Positions 1 through 7,429 of a stretch of 35,524 nt of DNA are shown one piece after another (the first letter of the stretch is position 1; each line of letters begins with the position of its first letter). Source of the DNA: a bacterium (GTDB lineage Bacteria > UBA9089 > CG2-30-40-21 > SBAY01). The notes under the pieces were generated by a model, which did no database searches, was not told the DNA's origin, and was given only the letters and a program-made list of their open reading frames with translations. The stretch is from positions 1 through 35,524 of the forward strand of contig JBFLYA010000011.1 in NCBI GenBank assembly GCA_040757115.1. The letters run 5' to 3'. A program made the translations under genes and the position numbers.

Positions 1-135
1 GTTGAATATTTTGCTCAATAATGTCAGATTTAGGTTTTTCAATAATTGAAGGACACACCTCTAACCCCTCTCAAGAGGGGAATATAACTTTTCTTTAATT
101 CTATTGCCTCATTGAAAAGCACTTCTCTTTCTTTT

Positions 136-202
136 GTTTGGAATTTTGATTTTTGGTCATTGGAATTTATTTGTAATTTGGAATTTGTGATTTGGAATTT
201 TG
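136..202. repeat. 67-bp heptamer-built dispersed repeat (TTGGAAT-type units); inverted near-identical copy at 35434-35500
   Basis: gtttggaattttgatttttggtcattggaatttatttgtaatttggaatttgtgatttggaattttg matches the reverse complement of 35434-35500 with about 2 mismatches. Confidence 0.85.
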
Positions 203-335
203 TAATTCACTACACTATTTTTTGCAATTCATGGTTTAGCCATAACTTTGCAATAATTCCTCTTCCTTGTGTTTTCAGGGGATTTCAATCTTCTAAAAAA
301 TCACGAAACTATAGTAAAAAGGAAGGTTTAACAAG

Positions 336-1160
336 ATGATTGAGGTTGCGGGAATAAAATTCCAAAAGGATTATAAAATTTATTACTATGATATAAATAA
401 TCTTGAGTTGAAACATGGGGATTGTTGTATCGTAGAAATAGACCGAGGAATAGATTTAGCTAAAGTAATACAAATGCCTAAAATAATTGAAAAGGCTAAA
501 GGCTCTAAACCCCTGCCTAAAGTTATCAGACTGGCGACTCGCGAGGATTGGAACAAGGTAAGAGAAAATAGGGCAAAGGGAAAGGCCGCTTTTCTTTTTT
601 GTAAACAAAAAATTAAAGAACAGGAGCTATCTATGAAGCTTGTTACTACTCATTATACCATAGATGGCAAAAAAATCATTTTTTATTTCACGGCTGAAGA
701 AAGGGTAGATTTTCGACAATTAGTCAAAGATTTGGTGCATCACCTTAAAATCAGGATTGAGTTACGGCAGATTGGTGTTCGGGATGAGGCTAAATTGTGT
801 GGTGGATGTGGTTGGTGTGGTCGGGAATTATGTTGTGGAACTTTCTTAAAAGAATTTGATTCTGTTCAAATCAAAATGGCTAAAGAACAAAATCTTATCC
901 TCACACCAGGTAAAATATCTGGTGTTTGTGGTAGATTAATGTGTTGTCTGGCTTATGAATATCCGATTTATGCTAAATTCCGTAAACAAGCACCAAGATG
1001 CGGAACAAAAGTAACTACGCCAAAAGGAATAGGAACTGTCCAGGGTATAGATGTTATGCGAGAACAAATTATTGTGAAATTAGAAGGAGATGCAGGCTCT
1101 CTATCTTTTCCCTTGAAAGAGGTACATTCTTTCTCATTGGTAAAGGGTGGTAAAGAATGA
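336..1160 (+). CDS. ricT: PSP1-domain protein, RicT/YaaT (stage 0 sporulation family)
   Basis: FYFTAEERVDFRQLVKDL, RIELRQIGVRDEAK, CGRELCC, KISGVCGRLMCCLAYE motifs; conserved position upstream of metG. Confidence 0.9.
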   Translation: MIEVAGIKFQKDYKIYYYDINNLELKHGDCCIVEIDRGIDLAKVIQMPKIIEKAKGSKPLPKVIRLATREDWNKVRENRAKGKAAFLFCKQKIKEQELSMKLVTTHYTIDGKKIIFYFTAEERVDFRQLVKDLVHHLKIRIELRQIGVRDEAKLCGGCGWCGRELCCGTFLKEFDSVQIKMAKEQNLILTPGKISGVCGRLMCCLAYEYPIYAKFRKQAPRCGTKVTTPKGIGTVQGIDVMREQIIVKLEGDAGSLSFPLKEVHSFSLVKGGKE

Positions 1161-2665
1161 AATACTATGTTACTACTCCGCTTTATTATGTTAATGATTT
1201 ACCACATATTGGTCATTCTTATACCAATGTTGCGGCAGATACATTAGCCAGATATAAGAGGTTACGAGGCTACGATGTCTTTTTTCTGACTGGCACAGAT
1301 GAACATGGCCAGAAGATTGAGCGGGCGGCTAAAGAACAAGGACTATCCCCTCAAGAATTAGCCGATAATGTGGTCGTTAGATTTAAAGAACTCTGGGAAA
1401 GACTTAATATCTCTTATGACGATTTTATCCGAACCACTGAACCTCGCCATAAAAATGCCGCCTGGCGTCTTTTTAAAATAATCTATGAAAACCAGGATAT
1501 TTACCGCGGTAAATATGAAGGTTGGTATTGCACCCCTTGCGAAACTTATATCCCCGAAGGTCAGTTAATAGAAGGTAAATGCCCTTCTTGTAATAGACAA
1601 CCAGAATGGCTGGCTGAAGAAGGCTATTTCTTCAGATTATCGAAATATCAAGAGCCATTATTAAAATATATCGATTCTACTCCTGATTTCATCCAGCCAG
1701 AATTTAGAAGGAATGAGGTAATTAATATTATTAAAGAGGGTTTAAAAGACCTGAGCATCAGCCGAATGACATTTGATTGGGGAATTAAAGTGCCAATTGA
1801 AGGGGCATTTGATGTTATCTATGTCTGGTTTGAGGCGTTAATTAATTACATTACTGGCTGTGGCTTTGGACTTGATGAAGAAAAATTCAATCATTACTGG
1901 CCAGCTGATGTTCATATTATTGGTAAAGATATCTTAAAGTTTCATGCGATTATCTGGCCAGCAATGCTTATCTCGGCTGGTATTAACCCACCTAAGAAGG
2001 TCTTTGCTCACGGTTGGTGGACTATCGAAGGTAAAAAGATGTCAAAATCAGTTGGTAATGTCATCGACCCAAATAAAGTCATTGATGAAGTAGGTGTGGA
2101 TTGTTACAGGTATTTTTTACTTCGAGAAGTCCCTTTTGGATTAGATGGCGATTACTCTTACGAAGGATTAATTCATCGAATAAATAGTGATTTAGCTAAC
2201 GACCTTGGTAACCTTGTTTCAAGGACTTTAGCCATGATTCAAAAATATACCGAAGGCACAGTGCCACAACCGTCAAATGAAACCTCAAAATTAAAAGATA
2301 TGACATTAGGACTTCTTCCGCAAGTTGATACTGCTTTTGATAATCTACAATTTCATATCGCTTTAGACCATATTTTTAAATTAATTCGTGCCTGCAATAA
2401 ATATATAGACGAAACCGCACCCTGGAATTTAGCTAAAACTAAAGATGACAAATTAAATGATATTCTTTATGATTTAGCCGAGTCAATTAGATTTATAACT
2501 ATCTATATTTCACCTTTTATGCCAGATTCAGCAACAAAAATCTGGCAACAATTGGGTCTGGAAGAAAATATAAGTGGGACTAATGAATTAAGCCAGTGGG
2601 GTATATTAAAACCCGGCACGAAAATCAATCGTGCGGAATCTGTATTTCCGAGGATTAAAGTTTAG
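1157..2665 (+). CDS. metG: Methionine--tRNA ligase, short form without C-terminal tRNA-binding domain
   Basis: YYVTTPLYYVN, HIGH, GTDEHG, zinc knuckle (CTPC...CPSC), IGKDILKFH, KMSKS; ends at FPRIKV (502 aa). Confidence 0.97.
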   Translation: MKYYVTTPLYYVNDLPHIGHSYTNVAADTLARYKRLRGYDVFFLTGTDEHGQKIERAAKEQGLSPQELADNVVVRFKELWERLNISYDDFIRTTEPRHKNAAWRLFKIIYENQDIYRGKYEGWYCTPCETYIPEGQLIEGKCPSCNRQPEWLAEEGYFFRLSKYQEPLLKYIDSTPDFIQPEFRRNEVINIIKEGLKDLSISRMTFDWGIKVPIEGAFDVIYVWFEALINYITGCGFGLDEEKFNHYWPADVHIIGKDILKFHAIIWPAMLISAGINPPKKVFAHGWWTIEGKKMSKSVGNVIDPNKVIDEVGVDCYRYFLLREVPFGLDGDYSYEGLIHRINSDLANDLGNLVSRTLAMIQKYTEGTVPQPSNETSKLKDMTLGLLPQVDTAFDNLQFHIALDHIFKLIRACNKYIDETAPWNLAKTKDDKLNDILYDLAESIRFITIYISPFMPDSATKIWQQLGLEENISGTNELSQWGILKPGTKINRAESVFPRIKV

Positions 2666-2677
2666 TCGCGCTCTATA

Positions 2678-2849
2678 GTAGTTATTAACGAAAATTTCTC
2701 ATAGAACAGATATAGCAACAGGGTTGATGGTTGATAGTTTATAGTTTATAGTTGATAGTTTATAGTTTCATAGACTATCAACCATCAACCATTAACTATC
2801 AACCATCAACTATCAACAATACTAATGTGAACTTTTGGTTAATACTTAC
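2678..2849. mobile_element. Miniature inverted-repeat element with internal inverted heptamer arrays (GTTGATA/GTTTATA then TATCAAC/CATCAAC)
   Basis: Ends gtagttattaac ... gttaatacttac (imperfect inverted repeat), flanked by tctata/tctatg; heptamer arrays at about 2722-2817 face each other. Confidence 0.65.
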
Positions 2850-2878
2850 TCTATGAGATTATTTCAGGAGGTAATTTT

Positions 2879-3649
2879 ATGGCTAAAGTTATTGCTGTTG
2901 CGGGTAAAGGCGGTGTCGGAAAGACAACTATTGCCGGCTTTATAGTCAGATTTCTTAAAGAGCAAAATTGTGTCCCTATTCTGGCTGTTGATGCCGACCC
3001 ATCAATGAATTTGAATATTACTCTTGGCGTAGATGTTCATCGCACCATTGGTGAAATCCGAGAAGAGGCACGACCAGAAATAGGAAAAAGACCTGCTTAT
3101 ATGAGTCTGGCAGAGTATTTTGAACTGGAAGTCAATCTAGCTCTGGTGGAAAGTAATTCCTTTGATTTGTTGACAATAGGCCGCCCTGAGGGAAAAGGAT
3201 GTTATTGTTCCGCAAATAGTAATTTAAGAGATATGCTGAAAAAAATTACCTCAAATTATAAATATGTTGTCATTGACAATGAAGCCGGGATGGAACATAT
3301 CAGCCGACAAACAGATGATAAGGTAGATGTGATGTTGATTATCTCAGACTCATCCCCAAAAGGATTAATCGCCGCAATTAGAACAAATGAATTGATTAGA
3401 AAACTTGAAAACGAGGTTAAGCATACATTCTTTATCATTAATCGAGAGGCAAAAGACCTTCCGTCTAACTTCATTAAAGAGATTGAAAATCATAAACTCC
3501 CCTTTGCCGGCAGTATTCATTTTGACCCTTCCATTTCTGAATATGAAACTGTTGGCAAATCAGTCTTTGACCTCCCAGATGATTCCATCCTCTATCGGGA
3601 CATAAAAGATATTCTTCAAAGAATAAATGAAGTCTGTCACTTCTGGTAA
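2879..3649 (+). CDS. cooC: CooC/AcsF-family nickel-insertion ATPase (CODH/ACS maturation)
   Basis: GKGGVGKTT deviant Walker A, VDADP, GRPEGKGCYC metal-binding motif, DNEAGMEHISR; RBS aggagg upstream. Confidence 0.88.
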   Translation: MAKVIAVAGKGGVGKTTIAGFIVRFLKEQNCVPILAVDADPSMNLNITLGVDVHRTIGEIREEARPEIGKRPAYMSLAEYFELEVNLALVESNSFDLLTIGRPEGKGCYCSANSNLRDMLKKITSNYKYVVIDNEAGMEHISRQTDDKVDVMLIISDSSPKGLIAAIRTNELIRKLENEVKHTFFIINREAKDLPSNFIKEIENHKLPFAGSIHFDPSISEYETVGKSVFDLPDDSILYRDIKDILQRINEVCHFW

Positions 3650-3657
3650 TGAATGCC

Positions 3658-3910
3658 GTAACCGTTCAGGTGGTAATTTACCGCAGAGACGCAGGGGAAC
3701 GGAGAAGACATGGAAATAAATCAGATAAGAGAAAAGATTATTGAGGCACTCATTGCAATACATAGGACATCAAAACCAAATTGTTAATCAATCATGAGAT
3801 GTTGGTCCTCAAAAGCTTGCTCTGAGGAAAATCAGAGATGGAATGAAGCTTATGGTAAATAGTTTTTAATTTTTTCTCTGCGTCTCTGTGTCTCTGCGGT
3901 GAACGGTTAC
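3658..3910 (+). mobile_element. MITE with GTAACCGTTCA/TGAACGGTTAC ends carrying an internally deleted GxxExxY-like gene remnant
   Basis: Perfect 11-bp terminal inverted repeat; subterminal accgcagagacgcag / ctctgcgtctctgtgtctctgcggt; 3710-3787 reads MEINQIREKIIEALIAIHRT..., 3828-3869 reads KIRDGMKLMVNSF*. Confidence 0.8.
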
Positions 3911-3927
3911 TAGGTCAGATTATTGTC

Positions 3928-5151
3928 TTAATAAACAGAAAATGGTTCGATATCTTCACAAACAATATCGCCGGTGATATAATGTAAGAATCTCCCGCCA
4001 AATTCATAGTTACCATGAGGTTCACTACCATTGAGGGTATAACTTAATAATGGTGCTTCAAAATTAGCATTTGCACCAATTGTGACCCCTGGCAGGTTAA
4101 GTATAGATATTAACGAATTATCTGGAAACTTAACCCATACCTTTGCATCAAGGACATCAGCTGTATCATCGTTAGTCACATGGGCGTTAGCAGTTAAGAT
4201 ATTTCCTGTGGTAAAGGTCGCACCGTTTAGAATAATATCCAGTGATAGTGCTTGAGGTGGTGTTGTGCCTGACATAAGGATTGTGCTGTTGCCAATTGAA
4301 GACTCTCCATATCTTATTCTAAACCAACCATCTTCACCCCAGCCTGTTCCCCAGCTATTCTTGCATATCCAATATCCTTCTATGTTGTTGTAACCAACAA
4401 AAGCAATCTGGTGGTATCCTTCAAGAACTCCCCATGAGTATTCATAGACTCCACTCTCGTAGAAAAAGAAATCAGTATATACTGCCATTGTCGTGGATAA
4501 AGGTGTTTGAAATAGTGCCCCGCGGATGCTATCCACATTATTTGTCACCCAATTCCATTGACTAATTTGTGTAACCCTATCTTCCCAATCAGGACAGGTA
4601 TTTGCACAGGGATAATCATTACCATTACCTGAAATATAGGGATAACACGCCTCATCAGGAGTTCCGGAGTCTCTCAGATAATTTGCCGCCGATGAGGGAT
4701 ACCATCCGTAGTCACATAACCCACCACCACAGGAAAACAAGTGTTGTTCTGAAAGGTCAATAGATAGAAGTGGGTTATTTGCTTCGATACGCGCTAAAGG
4801 CTCTAAAGCACCAATCGCCCCAAAGGCAACACAACTTCCACAAGCCCCCTGATTGCGAATAGGGGTCGTCCAGTTATATCCATTTGCATTTCGCCAGTCC
4901 CAGATATCGGGTAAAACCTTTGTAGATTTTACCGTGATTGATGGTTTGGTTTGAGGAACAATTATTGCCCCGCATAACCTTTTTCTTGCCTCTTTAGAGA
5001 GTTTGGAAACATCTGTTTCTCCTGCTGTCCAACTTGTTCCTTTTGACTTGATTGCCTTTTTTATTGCCGATAACTCTGCATCCTGTCCAAAGACTAACTG
5101 ACAGGACAGCATTAATCCTATAACTATACTTGTTATTAACTTTAAATTCAT
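3928..5151 (-). CDS. Secreted papain-family (C1A) cysteine peptidase with short prodomain and C-terminal beta-rich domain
   Basis: N-terminal signal peptide; QGACGSCVAF (catalytic Cys), LSEQHL, GYHQIAFVGY (His), YWICKNSWGTGWGEDGWF (Asn). Confidence 0.92.
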   Translation of the reverse strand: MNLKLITSIVIGLMLSCQLVFGQDAELSAIKKAIKSKGTSWTAGETDVSKLSKEARKRLCGAIIVPQTKPSITVKSTKVLPDIWDWRNANGYNWTTPIRNQGACGSCVAFGAIGALEPLARIEANNPLLSIDLSEQHLFSCGGGLCDYGWYPSSAANYLRDSGTPDEACYPYISGNGNDYPCANTCPDWEDRVTQISQWNWVTNNVDSIRGALFQTPLSTTMAVYTDFFFYESGVYEYSWGVLEGYHQIAFVGYNNIEGYWICKNSWGTGWGEDGWFRIRYGESSIGNSTILMSGTTPPQALSLDIILNGATFTTGNILTANAHVTNDDTADVLDAKVWVKFPDNSLISILNLPGVTIGANANFEAPLLSYTLNGSEPHGNYEFGGRFLHYITGDIVCEDIEPFSVY

Positions 5152-5168
5152 CTGTCAACCTCCTTATC

Positions 5169-5226
5169 TTTGGTAATTGGTAAATGGTAATTAGTTACCA
5201 ATTACTTGCTTTTAAGTTCGTGAAGC
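5169..5226 (-). repeat. Dispersed GGTAATT/TTACCAA heptamer element directly upstream of the peptidase RBS; related copy at 22274-22336
   Basis: Minus strand gcttcacgaacttaaaagcaagtaattggtaactaattaccatttaccaattacca vs plus strand 22274 gcttcacgaaattaaaagtaagtaactggtaactaattaccattcaccagttaccaattacca. Confidence 0.8.
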
Positions 5227-5312
5227 CCTATTTAGTGATTAACTAAATGGCTGGAATTTATAAGAATCTTTTTCCACCTCCTTTCTCCACCTGATTTTTA
5301 GCCTTTTATAAA

Positions 5313-5341
5313 ATGATAACATATAAAATAGAATATGTCAA
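5313..5341 (-). promoter_or_regulatory. Sigma70-type promoter for the C1 peptidase
   Basis: Minus strand TTGACA-17 nt-TATCAT with extended -10 TG. Confidence 0.6.
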
Positions 5342-5366
5342 GAGTTTTTTACTAAAAAAAATAATA

Positions 5367-5396
5367 TTGACAAACTGTGTAGAAATATGCTATTAT
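5367..5396 (+). promoter_or_regulatory. Sigma70-type promoter for the cobalamin operon
   Basis: TTGACA-18 nt-TATTAT with TG extended -10, upstream of the riboswitch. Confidence 0.6.
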
Positions 5397-5462
5397 AATT
5401 GCTACGGGTAAAAAAGGGATAGATTTTTAGGAATAGTTACCTTAAAGAAATAAAAAATCAGC

Positions 5463-5638
5463 GTAGGTAGAGGAAGTCCTTGTGAGATTCAAGGCACTGT
5501 CCCGCAACGGTAATAAAATCAAAAGATAAAAAACAGAAGACACAAAAATAAGGTTTAACCTTATAAATCTGAGTTCGGACTTTTGATTATTGAGTCCGGC
5601 CGACTACCTACATTTGATAACTACCTTCGCGGAAAGGG
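5463..5638 (+). promoter_or_regulatory. Cobalamin riboswitch
   Basis: Closing helix gtaggtag (5463-5470)/ctacctac (5604-5611); aggaag; T-loop hairpin ccttg-tgagatt-caagg; cactgtcccgcaacggt; B12-box-like gagtccgg; downstream ccttcgcggaaagg hairpin whose loop can kiss cccgc; precedes cob genes. Confidence 0.9.
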
Positions 5639-5656
5639 AATAAAAAGAAAGATTTT

Positions 5657-5692
5657 AACCCAATCTTCTTCGTGGCGAAGGTTGGGTTTTTT
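5657..5692 (+). terminator. Intrinsic terminator acting as riboswitch expression platform
   Basis: aacccaatcttc-ttcgtggc-gaaggttgggtt hairpin followed by a T run. Confidence 0.8.
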
Positions 5693-5778
5693 GTTGAAGA
5701 CTAATAAAAGCAACACTCAATTCCTGAACCTGTCAGGAACAGGTTTTATCCGAGAGCGCTCTTAAAAGGAGGTGGTAA

Positions 5779-5889
5779 ATGATGGAAAAACCAAAAGCCA
5801 AAGACAAAAAAGATGTTATTGCCTTTCGCAAAAAATGTAAGGCTAAAGGCACAGGTCTTTCACATTACATTCTCCTCGATAAGAAGTAA
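5779..5889 (+). CDS. cbpA: 36-aa radical-SAM-modified peptide precursor, CbpA-like (absent from ORF track)
   Basis: RBS aaggaggtg then ATGATG...TAA: MMEKPKAKDKKDVIAFRKKCKAKGTGLSHYILLDKK; the RKxCKAxGTGLSHYIL core is the motif I recall for CbpA peptides; first ORF after the riboswitch, upstream of a SPASM enzyme. Confidence 0.88.
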   Translation: MMEKPKAKDKKDVIAFRKKCKAKGTGLSHYILLDKK

Positions 5890-5898
5890 TGAATGACC

Positions 5899-6018
5899 CG
5901 GTAATCGGTTATCGGTAATACTGGTTACCGATAACCTGATTACCAAATTTGTAACCGTTCACCGCAGAGACGCAGAGAAAAAAAATAAAAACTCTGTGCT
6001 CCCTGTGTCTGTGTGTGA
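5899..6018. repeat. Heptamer palindrome (ggtaatcggttatcggtaa/ttaccgataacctgattacc) plus partial GTAACCGTTCA element between peptide and maturase
   Basis: Direct reading; gtaaccgttcaccgcagagacgcagag starts at 5951. Confidence 0.75.
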
Positions 6019-6049
6019 GGATACATCAGGAAATGGAGGAAATAAAATT

Positions 6050-7420
6050 ATGGTAAGTTCGCGAGGAATTTATTTTAATACAGGTGATGGAATTTCACTT
6101 CAGCCCATAGATATTAAACATAAAGATTATCTCGGATTGGTATCTGCGGATACGGCCTTCTGGATATTAGTTAAGAAAAGTCAATTGGTTAAGGTTCTGA
6201 CTAACATATCTTCTTTGCAGGAATACCGTAAAAAACAACAATCTTTTCTTAAAGAAATGGAGGCTTTGAGGTTTGGGTTGAAACCTTCTGCAGTTTATTT
6301 TAATCTAACTGACCGCTGTAATTTGAATTGTTCGTATTGTTACATCCCGGAAAGATTACGGAAGAATGGCAAACAAATGTCTGCGGAGAGAGTCTTGCGT
6401 GCACTTGAAATCTTAAAGGCTCATTTTAAAGACCAGAAGGCACAAATTGTCTTTCACGGTGCTGAACCACTGCTTAATAAAAAAGCACTATTTTTGGCTA
6501 TTGATAGATTTGGAGATGATTTTCACTTTGGTATCCAGACTAACGCTACATTGCTGGGAAAGGAAGAAATAGACTGGTTGACTTCAAGACAGATAAGTAT
6601 TGGGCTTTCTCTTGATGGCCACACAGCACAGGTGGCTGACAGATTGCGTAAAACATGGGATGGACGAGGTGTTTTTCAAAATGTCATCAAGGCAATAAAT
6701 CATCTTAAAGGTTATGAAAATTATTCGGTCATCTGCACTGTAACAAAGGAAAATATGTCCTCACTGACCAAAATAGTTGAATTTTTACATAATCTGGAAG
6801 TTCCAGTTTGTATGCTAAACCCGGTGCGCTGCACCCTACCAGATGCCCGCAAGTCTAAACCCACAGATTTTGACTTAGCAAAGGATTATCTCAAGGCATT
6901 AGACAAAACATATCAACTTTATAAAAAGACTGGCAGACGGCTTGTGGTCGCAAACTTCGCTAATGTCCTGGTAGCAATTATTGCTCCAACTGGTCGAAGG
7001 TTGATGTGCGATATTTCACCCTGTGGCGGAGGAAGATGCTTTTTTGCCATTTCAAGTAACGGCGATTTATTTCCTTGTAGTGAGTTTATTGGGTTAAAGG
7101 AATTTAAAGGTGGTAATCTTTTTCAAAACGATATTAATAAAGTCCTGACATCAAAACCATTTAAACTTGTTACCGAGCGAAAGATTGAAGGCATTAATCC
7201 CTGTTCTCGCTGTGCCATAAGACATTTTTGCGGCTCACCCTGTCCGGCAGAGGCTTATGAGATGAATGGAGCGATGGAAACTCGAGGTGCATTCTGTGAA
7301 CTTTATGAGGAACAGGTGCGTTATGCCATGCGTTTGATTGCAGATGGCAAAGAGGATGCCTATCTCTGGGATGGCTGGGATAAAGGAACAGTGACCAGTT
7401 TGAATATAACCAGTGTGTAA
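6050..7420 (+). CDS. cbpB: Peptide-modifying radical SAM/SPASM enzyme, CbpB-like
   Basis: CNLNCSYC, FHGAEPLL, QTNATLL, SLDG; SPASM cysteines CDISPCGGGRC...FPC...CSRCAIRHFCGSPC...FC; start moved to ATG 6050 behind ggagga (ORF-track start lies in a repeat). Confidence 0.9.
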   Translation: MVSSRGIYFNTGDGISLQPIDIKHKDYLGLVSADTAFWILVKKSQLVKVLTNISSLQEYRKKQQSFLKEMEALRFGLKPSAVYFNLTDRCNLNCSYCYIPERLRKNGKQMSAERVLRALEILKAHFKDQKAQIVFHGAEPLLNKKALFLAIDRFGDDFHFGIQTNATLLGKEEIDWLTSRQISIGLSLDGHTAQVADRLRKTWDGRGVFQNVIKAINHLKGYENYSVICTVTKENMSSLTKIVEFLHNLEVPVCMLNPVRCTLPDARKSKPTDFDLAKDYLKALDKTYQLYKKTGRRLVVANFANVLVAIIAPTGRRLMCDISPCGGGRCFFAISSNGDLFPCSEFIGLKEFKGGNLFQNDINKVLTSKPFKLVTERKIEGINPCSRCAIRHFCGSPCPAEAYEMNGAMETRGAFCELYEEQVRYAMRLIADGKEDAYLWDGWDKGTVTSLNITSV

Positions 7421-7429
7421 AATAAAATA

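Noticed and set aside
136-202. Window-spanning inverted repeat with 35434-35500 as ends of one large element
   Set aside because: The enclosed DNA includes core genes (metG, mdh); more simply two copies of a dispersed repeat
112-339. 75-aa ORF
   Set aside because: Translation of heptamer repeat DNA; no RBS or recognisable domain
5262-5292. Strong minus-strand Shine-Dalgarno (aaggaggtgg) upstream of the peptidase leader
   Set aside because: No ATG/GTG start or credible ORF follows; at most the scar of a lost gene
5583-5765. 60-aa ORF upstream of the radical SAM gene as the precursor peptide
   Set aside because: Overlaps the riboswitch and terminator and has no RBS; the real candidate is 5779-5889
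5996-6049. N-terminal extension of the radical SAM ORF
   Set aside because: The GTG lies in repeat DNA; an RBS precedes ATG 6050
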